A stretch of 64,000 bases of DNA from Polyangiales bacterium (lineage in GTDB: Bacteria > Myxococcota_A > Polyangia > Polyangiales > JADJQN01): contig CAXNJO010000007.1 in the NCBI GenBank assembly GCA_964202905.1, positions 32,001 through 96,000 on the forward strand, given 5' to 3'. Below the pieces are notes generated by a model that was not told where the DNA came from, made no database searches, and was given only the letters and a program-made list of their open reading frames with translations. Position 1 is the stretch's first letter, and each line of letters opens with the position of its first letter. The position numbers and the translations under genes are program-made. Shown here in pieces: positions 32,765 through 42,954 of the stretch.

Positions 32765-33388
32765 GTGGAACCCATCGAGTCGCAGACGAAGAAGCCCGCA
32801 GGTCGCCGCGTCGTCAAGCGCTACGCCAACCGCAAGCTCTACGACACGCGGGACAGCCGCTACGTGACGCTCGTGCAGATCGCCGAGTACGTGCGCAACG
32901 GCGAGGATGTGCAGATCATCGACAACACGTCGAAGGAGGATCTCACGCACGTCACCCTCGCGCAGATCATCTACGAGGAAGAGAAAAAGGCTGAGAGCGA
33001 CGCGCGTCAGGGCTCCATCGGCACGCTGCGGCAGTTCATCCAGACGGGCTCGCAGCGCCTCGTCGAGACCCTCCGCGAGAGCCCCATCAGCCGCGTCTTC
33101 CATCGCGGCGGCGAGTCCGCGGAGCCGCGCCCCGAGCCGGCGTCCGCCGACGACTCGCGCCGCAACGCGCTCCTCGACAAGTCGCGGGAGGCGCTCGACG
33201 AGCTGCAGCGGATCGCCGACGACCGCCTGCGCCTGCTCGTCACGAGCGCCATCGCCCCTGTCCACCACCTCCAGTCCGAGGTGAAGCGCCTGCAGGGGCG
33301 CATCGACGAGCTCGAGGCGCGCCTCGTCAAGGCTGCGCAGCCGAAGGGCCGGTCGCGCACCGGTCGCGACGGCGACGGGCAGGCCTGA
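32765..33388 (+). CDS. PHA synthesis regulator (PhaR-type) DNA-binding domain protein
   Basis: VKRYANRKLYDTRDSRYVTL...DVQIIDNTSKEDLTHVTLAQII; C-terminal coiled coil. Confidence 0.88.
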   Translation: MEPIESQTKKPAGRRVVKRYANRKLYDTRDSRYVTLVQIAEYVRNGEDVQIIDNTSKEDLTHVTLAQIIYEEEKKAESDARQGSIGTLRQFIQTGSQRLVETLRESPISRVFHRGGESAEPRPEPASADDSRRNALLDKSREALDELQRIADDRLRLLVTSAIAPVHHLQSEVKRLQGRIDELEARLVKAAQPKGRSRTGRDGDGQA

Positions 33389-33588
33389 GCGCGGCGGGTC
33401 GGGCCGCTTGCCCCTTGGAGCGGCGGCGGCCGTGCCCTCGCGCGGAAACTGGAGTCGCGCACCGGCAGGCGAGGGCGCGCGCGGCCGCTGGTGCGGGAGC
33501 GGTCGATCGGCGGGTTCGGCTGGAACTCGCGGCGCCGTTGAAATAGACACGACGCGTCGGCGGTTGGGCCCGCCAAGGGAATCCAACG

Positions 33589-34287
33589 ATGCGCCTCTTC
33601 GGACTCGGCAAGCCCCCCATGCCCGCCGCCCCGCCTGCGGCGCAGCGCGCAACGCTGCGTCGCGGCCGCGATGACTTCGAGCGCGACGCGCTCGCGCATC
33701 TCGACGCGCTCTACGCGACGGCGCTCCGGCTCACCCGCTCGCCGGCCGACGCCGACGACCTGGTGCAGGACACTTACCTGAAGGCGCACCGCTTCAGCCA
33801 TCATTTCGAGGCGGGCACCAACCTCAAGGCCTGGCTCTTCAAGATCCTCACGAACACGTTCATCAACAAATACCGCCGCGCGACGCGTGAGCGCGAGGTC
33901 CTCGACGACGCAGGGCACGGGCCGGTCGGCGAGGGCGTCATGAGTCACGCGGCGATGCGCGCGCTCGTCGATCCGCAGGGCGCGGCCCTCGAGCCGCTCG
34001 TCGCTGCGGAGATCGGCCGGGCGCTCGACGCGCTGCCCGACGATTACCGCACCATGATCCTCCTCGCGGACGTCGAAGAGCTCTCCTACAAGGAGATCGC
34101 GGACGTCGTCGGTTGCCCGATCGGCACCGTGATGTCGAGGCTCCACCGCGCGCGGAAGCAGCTGCAGCGGCACCTCTACGAGCACGCGGTCGGCGCCGGG
34201 ATCGTCTCCGAGGCGGCCGCCGGGGCGATGGACGAGCCGCCGGTCGCGCTCGAGGCGTACCGCGCGCGTCGGGCGCGCGGGGCGTGA
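33589..34287 (+). CDS. rpoE: ECF sigma-70 factor (SigR/SigH-like; possible M. xanthus RpoE1 counterpart)
   Basis: [49 protein letters not shown]...[13 protein letters not shown]. Confidence 0.92.
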   Translation: MRLFGLGKPPMPAAPPAAQRATLRRGRDDFERDALAHLDALYATALRLTRSPADADDLVQDTYLKAHRFSHHFEAGTNLKAWLFKILTNTFINKYRRATREREVLDDAGHGPVGEGVMSHAAMRALVDPQGAALEPLVAAEIGRALDALPDDYRTMILLADVEELSYKEIADVVGCPIGTVMSRLHRARKQLQRHLYEHAVGAGIVSEAAAGAMDEPPVALEAYRARRARGA

Positions 34288-34306
34288 GGAAGAGCGGGGT
34301 CGCGCC

Positions 34307-35164
34307 ATGAACTGCAGCCTCTTCCGTCGGCACGTCGATGCCTTCCTCGACGCCGAGGTCGACCCGACGACACAGATCGAGTTCGAGCGGCACGTGGCCG
34401 CGTGCGCGGGTTGTCAGGAAGTGCTCGCCTTCGAGCGCGCCACGCGACGCTCGACGCGCGCCGCGCTCGCGGGCCCCGGCGCCCCAGACGCGCTCCGTGC
34501 GCGGATCGCGGAGCGGCTCCAGGGCGCGCCCGAGCCGCTGGATGCGTCGCTTTCGGGAAGCGGTGAGGGGCGCCCGTGGCTGCGCGTCTACGCCCTCCCG
34601 CGGCGCTATGCGATCCCCCTGAGCCTCGCTGCGGCGGCGGCGCTCGCGGTGCTCGCGGCGGGCCGCGGTCCCGGAGTCGGCGGCGAGCCGGTGGCCGCCG
34701 AGGCGGGCGCGCTCCCGCTGTTCGAGGAGGTCGCGCGCCTTCACTCGACGCCGCTCCCCTCGGATGTGCGCGATCCGCAAGACGAGCAGGTACTCAGTTA
34801 CTTCCGCGGGAAGGTCGAGTTCCCGGTGCGTCCGGCGGCCTTTCCGAACGGCCACGCGCGGCTCGTCGGGGTGCGCGTGTCGAACGTGCGCGAGCGTCGT
34901 GCGGCGGCGCTCTATTACGACGTGAAGGGGCGTCGGATGACCGTCGTCGTCTACGCTGAGCCTCGGCCGGGTGCGGCGTGGCAGGTCTTCCCCGCGGGGC
35001 GGGGCCTGCTGGTCGAGCGCGTGAACGGCCGACCGGTCGCACACCGGCGCGTCGGCGGCTACACGGTCTCGGCCACGTACCACGACGGCCTGACCTACGC
35101 GCTGACCGGCGACATGGACGAGCGCACGCTCGTGCGGCTCGCCGCGACCGCGCAGATCCGCTGA
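34307..35164 (+). CDS. Zinc-finger (zf-HC2/ZAS) transmembrane anti-sigma factor
   Basis: MNC...HVAACAGC (HxxxCxxC), single TM, periplasmic domain; directly after the ECF gene. Confidence 0.88.
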   Translation: MNCSLFRRHVDAFLDAEVDPTTQIEFERHVAACAGCQEVLAFERATRRSTRAALAGPGAPDALRARIAERLQGAPEPLDASLSGSGEGRPWLRVYALPRRYAIPLSLAAAAALAVLAAGRGPGVGGEPVAAEAGALPLFEEVARLHSTPLPSDVRDPQDEQVLSYFRGKVEFPVRPAAFPNGHARLVGVRVSNVRERRAAALYYDVKGRRMTVVVYAEPRPGAAWQVFPAGRGLLVERVNGRPVAHRRVGGYTVSATYHDGLTYALTGDMDERTLVRLAATAQIR

Positions 35165-35256
35165 CGCGGCGCGCACGCAGCCTCCGCGCAGGTCTCCGAG
35201 CGCCTGTCGAATGATGTGTAAACGCGCGAAACAACGGCGCTTCACGCGGGTTGGCG

Positions 35257-35286
35257 TTGACACTCCAGAGTGCGCCTGACTATCCT
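35257..35286 (+). promoter_or_regulatory. Sigma-70-type promoter TTGACA-18-TATCCT, 8 nt before ATG 35295
   Basis: Perfect -35 at 35257-35262, TATCCT at 35281-35286, no Shine-Dalgarno. Confidence 0.7.
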
Positions 35287-35294
35287 CCGGCCCC

Positions 35295-37523
35295 ATGTCC
35301 CAGCGGATCCTCGTGGTCGACGGCGACGCCGTCTTTGCCGGCGCGATCAAGGCCGGTTTCGAGTCCCTCGGCGTGAGCGTCGAGGTCGTGGACGACGGCG
35401 ACACGGGCATCGCGCGCGCGCTGGCGCAGCGGCCGGATCTCATCCTCCTGGCGATCGAGCTGCGCGGCGTCAACGGTTTCCTGATCTGCAAGAAGCTGAA
35501 GAAATCGCCGGAACTCAAGGACATCCCGCTCGTGATCCTCTCGAGCGAAGCGACCGACGAAATCTTCGAGCAGCACAAGAAACTCCGCACCCGCGCGGAG
35601 GACTACATCCGCAAGCCCATCGGTTTCGACGCCCTCGCCGAGCACGTGCAGGCGATCTTGCCGATCGGCCTCGGCGACGGGATGCCCGTCTCTGAGGAGT
35701 CGGTCGACGTCGACGCGGGGATGATGGACGTCGAGGTCGACGAGCCCTCGGCACGCACGCGCGGCGCGGTCGACGCCGAGATTGAGGAGTTTGCCGACGC
35801 GGCCTTCGGAAGTCTGCTGCTGGAGGATGAGGCGACGAGCATCGGCGCCATCCCGGACCAGGTCCTCGCCGACCTCGCTGCGCGTCAGGCTGCCGCTGCC
35901 GCTGCGCCCCCGCCTGCGTCGCGCTCCGTCGCACCGCCGCGCCCGGCCACGCAGCCGCCGCCGCCGCCGCCGCCGCCGGCGATGGTGCCCGGGGCAGTTC
36001 CGGCGGTGAGCGCGTCGCCGGCGCAGCTTGCCGAGCTTGCAGCGCTGCGGGACGAGGCCGCCGGGCTCCGGCGGCGGGTCGAGGCTGCGGAGGAGGACGC
36101 GCAGGCCGCGCGGCGTGAGGCAGCCGAGCACGAAGGCCTCTCGCGCGAGCTCGCCGACCTCAAGGCGCGCGCGGCGAAGGGTGGCGGAGGCGTGTCGAGC
36201 CGCGAGTTCCTCGACCTCCGTGAGGCCCTGAATCGCAAGGACAAGGAGATCCTCGAGTTGCGCGATCAGGTGTCGACGCGCGACCGGCGCCTGCTCGACG
36301 CCAACGACAAGGGCCTCGTGCTCGAGCGAAAGATCGCGGACCTCGAGGACAAAGCCGTCTCGCTCGAGCGCGAGCACGACGACGCGACGACGAAGATCCA
36401 CGCGCTCTCGGCCGACAAGGAGCAGCTGCAGAAGCGCGCCGACGACGTGAAGTCGCGCCTCGAACGCATCGAGCAGAAGGCCAAGAAGCTCGAGGAGGAG
36501 ATCGACGGCGAGCGTGGCGTTCACGCCAAGGCGCTCGACGATTTGAGGCTTGCCGCCGCCGCGGAGCTCGCCGCTGCGCGGGAGTTGGGCGAGAACGCGC
36601 TCGCTGCGGCGCGCGCGGCCGCGGCGGCGGAGCTCGCGTCGCGCGAGGAGACCGCTGCGGTTGCTGCGGCGCGGGCGCGGGCCGCTTCGGAGGCCGCGCT
36701 CGACGCGGCGCGTGAGGCGGCTGCCGATGAACTCGCTGCGGCCCGCGTGCTCGCGGCGTCGGAGTCGGCCGACGAGCGCGCCGCACGTGCGGCGGCCGAG
36801 CAGGCGATGCTGGCGGCGCACGAGGAGGCCCTCGCCGCTGCCGAGAACGCGCGTTCCGCGTCGCTCGCGCGCGCGGCGTCCGAGTCCGAGGCGAGCCGCG
36901 ACGCCGCCCTCGCCGCGCTGCGCGCCGAGCTCGAGGCTTCGCGCGACGCGGCCCTGGCGGCGGCTGCCGCAACGAGCGCCGCGACGCTCGCGGCGGCGGG
37001 GGAGGCCCACGCGACCGTGATGGCCGAGGCCGCGGCTGCACACGCCGCAGCGATGAGCGAGGCCGCGGTCGCGCATGCGGCAGCGGTCGACGCGTCTCGC
37101 GCCGCGCACGAGGCGGCCGAGCGCGCGCTCCGCGAGCAGCATGGGCGTGAGCTCGCGATCCTCGGGCGGAAGCTCGCGGAGACCGAGTCCAGCCTCGCCA
37201 CGACGCAGCAGTCGCTCGAGGAGTCGGTCGAGTCGGGGCTCGCGCTGCGCCAATCGCTCGACGCGAGCACCGCGGAACTCGCCTCGACGAGCGCCGTGCT
37301 CGGCGCCACGCGCGCCGTCCGCGACGAGCTCGAGGCGACGTCCGCGGCGCAGGCCGGACGGATCCGCGAACTCGAGTCGACTTCGGCGTCCCTCGACGCG
37401 CGGCTCACCCGTGCCCTGGCGAAACTCGCCGCCGATGGGCTGCTCCTCGAGCGCGCGCGCAAGGCGCTCGACATCGGGGCCGCGCTCCTCGCGGAGCAGC
37501 ACGCCACCCCGCTCGAGGACTAG
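35295..37523 (+). CDS. frzS: FrzS/AglZ-like pseudo-receiver plus long coiled-coil motility protein
   Basis: Receiver with Ala at the phospho-Asp position (PDLILLAIEL), NGFLICKKLKK...FEQHKKLRTRAEDY, Pro-rich linker, ~450 aa coiled coil; follows an ECF/anti-sigma pair as frzS does in M. xanthus (from memory). Confidence 0.6.
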   Translation: MSQRILVVDGDAVFAGAIKAGFESLGVSVEVVDDGDTGIARALAQRPDLILLAIELRGVNGFLICKKLKKSPELKDIPLVILSSEATDEIFEQHKKLRTRAEDYIRKPIGFDALAEHVQAILPIGLGDGMPVSEESVDVDAGMMDVEVDEPSARTRGAVDAEIEEFADAAFGSLLLEDEATSIGAIPDQVLADLAARQAAAAAAPPPASRSVAPPRPATQPPPPPPPPAMVPGAVPAVSASPAQLAELAALRDEAAGLRRRVEAAEEDAQAARREAAEHEGLSRELADLKARAAKGGGGVSSREFLDLREALNRKDKEILELRDQVSTRDRRLLDANDKGLVLERKIADLEDKAVSLEREHDDATTKIHALSADKEQLQKRADDVKSRLERIEQKAKKLEEEIDGERGVHAKALDDLRLAAAAELAAARELGENALAAARAAAAAELASREETAAVAAARARAASEAALDAAREAAADELAAARVLAASESADERAARAAAEQAMLAAHEEALAAAENARSASLARAASESEASRDAALAALRAELEASRDAALAAAAATSAATLAAAGEAHATVMAEAAAAHAAAMSEAAVAHAAAVDASRAAHEAAERALREQHGRELAILGRKLAETESSLATTQQSLEESVESGLALRQSLDASTAELASTSAVLGATRAVRDELEATSAAQAGRIRELESTSASLDARLTRALAKLAADGLLLERARKALDIGAALLAEQHATPLED

Positions 37524-37620
37524 CCGCGCCGGCGTGTCTGGCAGGCGCGTCCCCGGGACACGTGTCGCCGACGCATGTCGTTGGCGCGCCACGAGGGTGC
37601 GCCGCCTCGCGTATCTGCGG

Positions 37621-40549
37621 TCAGGTCCCGTCGACGAGCACGTGGCGGAGCACGACGCCGCCAGTCCCCGCGACGTACACGTAGCGGTCGGCGCGCACGA
37701 CCGCGCGCAGGCTCTGGCCGGAGACCTCGAGCGGGAGCGTGCGCCAGAGGCCGTCCTCGCCCCGCTCGAGCGCGGTCCCGTCGTCCCCGACCGCGAGAGG
37801 GAGGCCCCGCGGTCCGAGGCCGATGGCGTGCAACGTCGGGCCCGCGTCGTGTTCGACGCGGCAATCGGCGGGCGATATCGCGACGATGAGCCCACCGTCG
37901 CCCGCGGCCCAGGCCTCCTGCCCCGCGCCTCGCACGACCCCGCGCAGCATGCGGCCGGATGCGGGTTCGCACGGTTGACGGGTGGTCCGCTCCGCGCCGA
38001 CGCGAAGCACGGCGCCGTTCGCGCCGACGACGAGCGCATCCTTGGGCGTGCCGGCGATCGCAGCGAGGTCGCCGGTGTCGGGCACGCGCGTCGCCTGCAA
38101 CGCGGCGAGCGGACCGCGGAGCAGCGTCCCTTCGCCCCCGACGACGAGGACGCCGTCTTCGTCCGCGACGACGTCGCGCCACGGCTGACGTAACGGTGAT
38201 GCGCGCAGGGTGGCACGGTCCGCGACGATTTCCACGAGCGCGCCGTCGTCGCCGACCGCGAGCAGGGCGTCGGGCCCGAGCGCCACGAGCCCCCCGAGGC
38301 CGGAGCGCGTGGGGGACACGCTCTCGGAAAACCCCGCCTCGCCTTCGCGGGCGATGCGCCCGTATTCGCCGACCGCCACGAGCGCGCCGCCGAGAGACGC
38401 GAGGTCGCGGATCGCACCGGTCGGTCCGGCGGTGAGCAGGCGGACGTGGTCGTCGGCGAGCGAGGCCACCCGTCCGCCCGCGCCGACCAGCCAGGTGCGC
38501 TCTCCCTGCGCGCCGGACAGCGCGTACCACGGGCGATCCGCGCCGCTCTCGAGTCGTACTCCGCGGTCGCCCTGCACGAGCAGGACCTCGCCGTGCGTCC
38601 CCGCGATCGCGATGCGATCACCATCACAGTCGATGGCGGTCCATGCAGAGGTTCCCGTGTCGCGGAGCGCGCGCCAGACGTCCGGTCCGACGCGCCGCAG
38701 CACGACGCCCCCGTCGCCCGCAGCGTAGAGCGGACCGCCGGGGCAGCCCCCGAGCCCACGGAGGGTCGCGCGGGTCCCGCTGCGCTCGCGGATGGCGCCG
38801 CGCGGTCCGACGCGCACGATGGTGCCGGCCTCACCCGCGGCGAAGACCTCCGCGCCGACGACCGCGAGCGCGCGCAGCGCAGCGCCGCCCGTCGCGCGCG
38901 CGGCGTCGAGCGCGGAGACGTGGCGGTCGACGACGCGGAGGAGCGTGCCCGCGTCGCCGGCGACGAACGCCTCCGTCGGCGACACGGCGGCGACGGCGTG
39001 CAGCGCGCGGTCGGTGCCTGCGTCGAGGCGAATCGGCGCCGCGTCGCTCAGCCGCACGAGGGTGCCGTGCGCGCCCGCGGCGAGCGCGTCGCGCGTGCCG
39101 GTGAAGGCGACGGCCTCGAGGTCCTCCGTCGTGCCCGTATCCCACGTGGCGAGGCCCTGCGGCATCAGTCGCGCCGCCGCGCCGCGTCGTCCGACCATCG
39201 CGACGAGCCCGCGGCCGCCGACGTCGAGGCCGAGGTAGGTTGGAAGCGCGCGGGGGAGCGGGTTCAGCCAGCGCCAGCCTTCGCCTCCGCCGCGGTCCGG
39301 TCCGGCGAGCGGCGCGGCCCGCGGGGCCGCCGGCGTCGGCAGCGCGCTCTGCTCGACGGGCTTCGGGCGGCGCTCGCCGAGCAGCGCGGTCGCGACCGTC
39401 GCGCTTGCGAGCAGCAGCAGCGCGAGCCCTGCGATGGGGAGCCAGCGTGACGACGGCGACACGACGGGGGGCACCGCGTCCGCCGCGCCGTCCGCATCGT
39501 CGTCGCCCGCCCGCGCCGGCGCGCGCTCGGCCCACGCACCGCCTGGCGACCTGGTCCGATCGCACCCACGCATCGCCCGCGGCCTGCGTCGCCGCGAGAC
39601 CAACCTGCTCGAGCGCGTCGAGCGCCGAGGGCGCGAGCGAGGCGGTCGGCGGCGCCTCGAGGATGACGGGCGCGCCGTCGAACGCGCGGAAGGGCGCGAG
39701 CGCCTCGCGGACCTCGCGCGCTGACGCGTGACGCTGGGCGCGATCCTTCGCGAGGAGCCGCTCGATCACCGCGCCGAGGGCCTCGGGGACGTCGCCACGG
39801 TAGCGGCGCACCGGGGGCGGCGGCTCGGTGCAGATCTTCACGATCAACATCGGGAACGAGCTGTCGTCGAAGGGATGTTGACCCGTGAGCGCGCGGAAGA
39901 GGATGACGCCGAGCGCGTAGAGGTCGACCCGGTGATCGACGTCCCGCGCGCCGCGCGCCTGCTCGGGCGCCATGTAGTAGGGCGTGCCGAGGGCCGTCCC
40001 CGTGCGCGTCGCCGCGTCCTGCGGCGTGCCGAGCGCGGCCTTCACCTTGCTGATGCCGAAATCGAGCACCTTCACGAAGCGCGGCTCGCCCTCGCGTCGC
40101 GTGAGAAAGACGTTCTCCGGCTTGAGATCGCGGTGCACGATCTCCTTCGCGTGGACGGCTTCGAGCGCCTCGCAGACCTGCGACACCACGTCGATGACGT
40201 CGGCGATCGGCAGCGGACCGCGCGCGCGGATCTCCGCGGCGAGGTCGTGCCCCTCGAGCAGCTCGAGCACCATGAAGACCGAGCCGTCCTCGGCCTCGCC
40301 GAGCTCGAGCACCTCGATGACGTGCGGGTTCCCGATCGCCGTCGCCGCGAATGCCTCGCGTCGGAAGCGCGCGACGATGTCCGGGTCGGCGGCGTATTGC
40401 GCGTGCAGCAGCTTGACCGCGACGCGCCCGCCGACGCGGATGTTCTCGGCTTCGTAGATCGTGCCCATCCCGCCGGCAGCGATCGCGCGGAGCAAACGGT
40501 AGCGACCGCCGAGGAGGGCGCCCACGCGCAAATCGCGAGCCTGCGTCAC
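37621..40549 (-). CDS. Membrane Ser/Thr protein kinase with extracellular beta-propeller (WD40/YVTN/BNR-like) domain; +1 frameshift near 39560
   Basis: AAGGMG, VAVK, HRDLKPEN, DFG, GTPYYMAPE; TM WLPIAGLALLLL; W.WLNPLP then many 'L.AV...AVG..G.LL' repeats; span is 3n+1. Confidence 0.88.
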
Positions 40550-40555
40550 GGCGCG

Positions 40556-40561
40556 AGTGTA
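40556..40561 (-). promoter_or_regulatory. -10 box TACACT 6 nt before the kinase GTG start (leaderless-type)
   Basis: Minus strand TACACT-cgcgcc-GTG. Confidence 0.5.
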
Positions 40562-40691
40562 TCCGCGTGTCCCGGCGACGGGTGCGCCAATCCGCCCGCG
40601 GAGCCCGTCCTCGATGCGCCGCCGGCGTCGCGCGCAAATCGTGGCCCGTCCATTGCTCTTCCGGAGCGCGTCGGCTTACTCTCGGAGACTC

Positions 40692-40952
40692 ATGACCCCA
40701 TCCGCGCTCCCCACCCTGGCCATCGCACGCTCCCTCCGGGCGGTCGTGCGTGCGCGTTTGGAGCGTGCGCGGTCCGCGTCCGCGGCAGGCGAGGGCCTCG
40801 CCGAGAACGAGCGCGGCGTCGCGATGGTGGAGTACGTGACGCTGCTCTGTCTCGTCACCCTCAGCGGTGCGGCGACCGTCGTCGCGCTCGGCGTGCCGCT
40901 CATGCAGCTCTTCCGCTACGTCCAGATGGTCATCGCGATGCCCATCCCCTGA
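40692..40952 (+). CDS. Flp-type prepilin 1
   Basis: ENERG|VAMVEY class III signal with E+5/Y+6 and a hydrophobic helix; GGAG RBS. Confidence 0.75.
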   Translation: MTPSALPTLAIARSLRAVVRARLERARSASAAGEGLAENERGVAMVEYVTLLCLVTLSGAATVVALGVPLMQLFRYVQMVIAMPIP

Positions 40953-41043
40953 GGGCGTCGGGCGCGACGTCTGCGTCCCGCGTCTCGAGCCACCGATTCT
41001 CCCCGCAACCCCGAACGAACGCGTCAACCCCGAGGAGTGCCCC

Positions 41044-41279
41044 ATGGCGAAGAAGACCCCGTCGAAGTCCATCGTGCTCGAGACCCCGAAGAAGGACCTC
41101 CCGTCGCTGCTCCGCGATCAGCGCGGTCTGACCACGGTCGAGTACATCATCATCCTCTGCCTGATTGCGGTCGTGGGCTTCGGCGTCTGGAAGAAGTTCG
41201 GCGCGACGGTCAAGGACGCGCGTCGGCGAGGCGAACGACACGCTCGGCGCGTATGTCCGGCGAAGCCACCACCGAGTAG
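41044..41279 (+). CDS. flp: Flp major prepilin; two apparent +1 insertions
   Basis: RDQRG|LTTVEYIIILCLIAVV; GAGGAG RBS; corrected end TRVGEANDTLGAMSGEATTE. Confidence 0.85.
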
Positions 41280-41292
41280 TCCGCGACCCGGC

Positions 41293-41847
41293 ATGCTGCC
41301 TCAGTGGGCCACGGACGGCGCGCGCATCGCCGCGCTCGGGGTCGTCGCAATCGCGGCGTTCACCGACGCGCGGCGTGAGCGAATCCCGAACTGGCTCACG
41401 CTCCCCGCGATCGCGTTCGGGCCTTTGTTCTGGCTGTTCGCGGACTTCTACTGGGGCGGGATCCGCTCGCTCCTCGGCCTCGTCCTCTGCGCCGCGGTCC
41501 CGTACTGGCTGTTCCGGCGCGGGGCGTGGGCAGGGGGCGACGTCAAACTCTTCGCGGCGATCGGCGCCCTCGTGGGCGGTGACTACGGCGGCGTCGGCCT
41601 CGGCATCGAGGCGCTGCTCTTCACGACGATGGCGGCGGCTGCGTACGCCCTCGTGCGGCTCGCCTGGGAGGGCAAGCTGCTGCGCACGCTCGCGAATGCG
41701 TTCTTCCTGCCGCTCAACCCGGTGCTCCCGAAGGCCTGGCGTCGGGAGATCACCCCGGAGCTGATGTCCCGGGTGAGGCTTGGCGTACCCGCGCTGGTGG
41801 GGACTGCGGTCGCCGTCGGGCTCCGTTACCCGACGCTGTGGATGTGA
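41293..41847 (+). CDS. cpaA: A24 prepilin peptidase (TadV/CpaA)
   Basis: AAFTDARRERIPNWLT and GGDVKL catalytic Asp motifs; multiple TM segments. Confidence 0.92.
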   Translation: MLPQWATDGARIAALGVVAIAAFTDARRERIPNWLTLPAIAFGPLFWLFADFYWGGIRSLLGLVLCAAVPYWLFRRGAWAGGDVKLFAAIGALVGGDYGGVGLGIEALLFTTMAAAAYALVRLAWEGKLLRTLANAFFLPLNPVLPKAWRREITPELMSRVRLGVPALVGTAVAVGLRYPTLWM

Positions 41848-41942
41848 TGTTCGCGTGCGCGCGTGTGCCGGGCGCCCGAACGGGCGCGGCAGCGCCGGAG
41901 CGCGGGAGGGGCGCCGGTGAGCGGCGCCAAAGGAGGCTCGCG

Positions 41943-42950
41943 ATGACGTTCGCTTCGAGGCGCGACGCCGACCCCCGTGATGACGCCGACCCCCGTGATG
42001 ACGCCGACCCCCGTGATGCAGCGGCGACACGCACTGCGCCGTGGGGGCTCGCGCGCGACGAGCGCGGCGCGGCCTATGTCGAGTTCCTGATCGTCTTCAT
42101 CCCGATCTTCATGATGTTCCTGGGGATGATCCAGGCCGCGATGATGTACGCGGCGAACCTCGTGGTGACGCACGCGGCGAACACCGCCTCGCGCGCAGCG
42201 ATCGTCGTGCTCGACGACGCCGAGTCCGCCTACGGCGACGAGGACCGGAACGACCTCAGCGGGGGCGGCGGCGGCGAGTCCCCCCTCGACAAGGTCGACG
42301 GTTTCCTCGAATGGGCGGGCTTGGGCTCCGCCGCCGCTGCGCCGGCCCGCGAGGCGGGCTCGACCTCGGGCGCGCGGATGAACGCCATCCGCAGCGCGGC
42401 TTCGATCCCACTCCTCGCCGTCTCGCCGTCGATGAGCCAGCTGGTCGGGTCGGAGAGCGTCTACGCCGCGATCGGCGGCAACCCCGCCGAGCGCGGGCTG
42501 ACGGGCGCCGCCGTCTACAACCGCACGGCGGTCGCCGTGACGTTCCCGACCGCGCGCGCCGGCACGAACTACAAGGCGCAGTTCGCCACCAACGAGGACG
42601 TCACCGTCCGCGTGACCTACCTCTTCCACTGCGCCGTGCCGCTCGTGAACCGCATCATGTGCGACGATATTATCGCCCTGAAGACGGGCGTGCCGCTCGC
42701 CGCCGTGCGCGCCCTCGCGGAGCGCACCGCCAGCGGAGACGCCTCACCGGCCGAGATCGCGGCGCTCATCGAGCGTGTGCGTGACGGGCGCGCCCGATTG
42801 CAGCGCGCGAACCCCGGCGTCGCCGAGCTGGACGGTGCCGAGTCGCCCTGGCTCGCCTCCCTCACGGCCGTGACGGGCGCGCGCTTCCTCGTGCTGCGTG
42901 CCGAGGCGACGATGCCCAACCACGGGGCCGCTTACAGCTATGTGGAGTGA
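41943..42950 (+). CDS. tadE: TadE-family minor pilin
   Basis: RDERG|AAYVEFLIVFIP...VVTHAANTASRAAIV; AAGGAGG RBS. Confidence 0.85.
   Translation: MTFASRRDADPRDDADPRDDADPRDAAATRTAPWGLARDERGAAYVEFLIVFIPIFMMFLGMIQAAMMYAANLVVTHAANTASRAAIVVLDDAESAYGDEDRNDLSGGGGGESPLDKVDGFLEWAGLGSAAAAPAREAGSTSGARMNAIRSAASIPLLAVSPSMSQLVGSESVYAAIGGNPAERGLTGAAVYNRTAVAVTFPTARAGTNYKAQFATNEDVTVRVTYLFHCAVPLVNRIMCDDIIALKTGVPLAAVRALAERTASGDASPAEIAALIERVRDGRARLQRANPGVAELDGAESPWLASLTAVTGARFLVLRAEATMPNHGAAYSYVE
41964..42017 (+). repeat. 18-nt perfect tandem repeat GACGCCGACCCCCGTGAT x3
   Basis: Three exact copies encoding DADPRD in the TadE leader. Confidence 0.95.
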
Positions 42951-42954
42951 CGCG

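Noticed and set aside
33440..33588. Autoregulatory ECF promoter (GGAACT ... GTTGAA) upstream of the sigma gene
   Set aside because: Only about 10 nt separate the elements, too short for an ECF promoter.
36550..37130. Ala-rich repetitive DNA as a repeat element
   Set aside because: It is the low-complexity coiled-coil coding region of the FrzS-like gene.
35280..38834. Very long antisense ORFs (1184 aa here; also the 5' extensions of 15308-18484 and 24788-27637)
   Set aside because: Arg/Ala/Pro-rich shadow frames expected at this GC content; they overlap well-supported genes.
40867..41847. Pilin-peptidase fusion protein suggested by the ORF track
   Set aside because: The pilin has its own stop at 41277-41279 once two insertions are corrected, and the peptidase has its own ATG at 41293.
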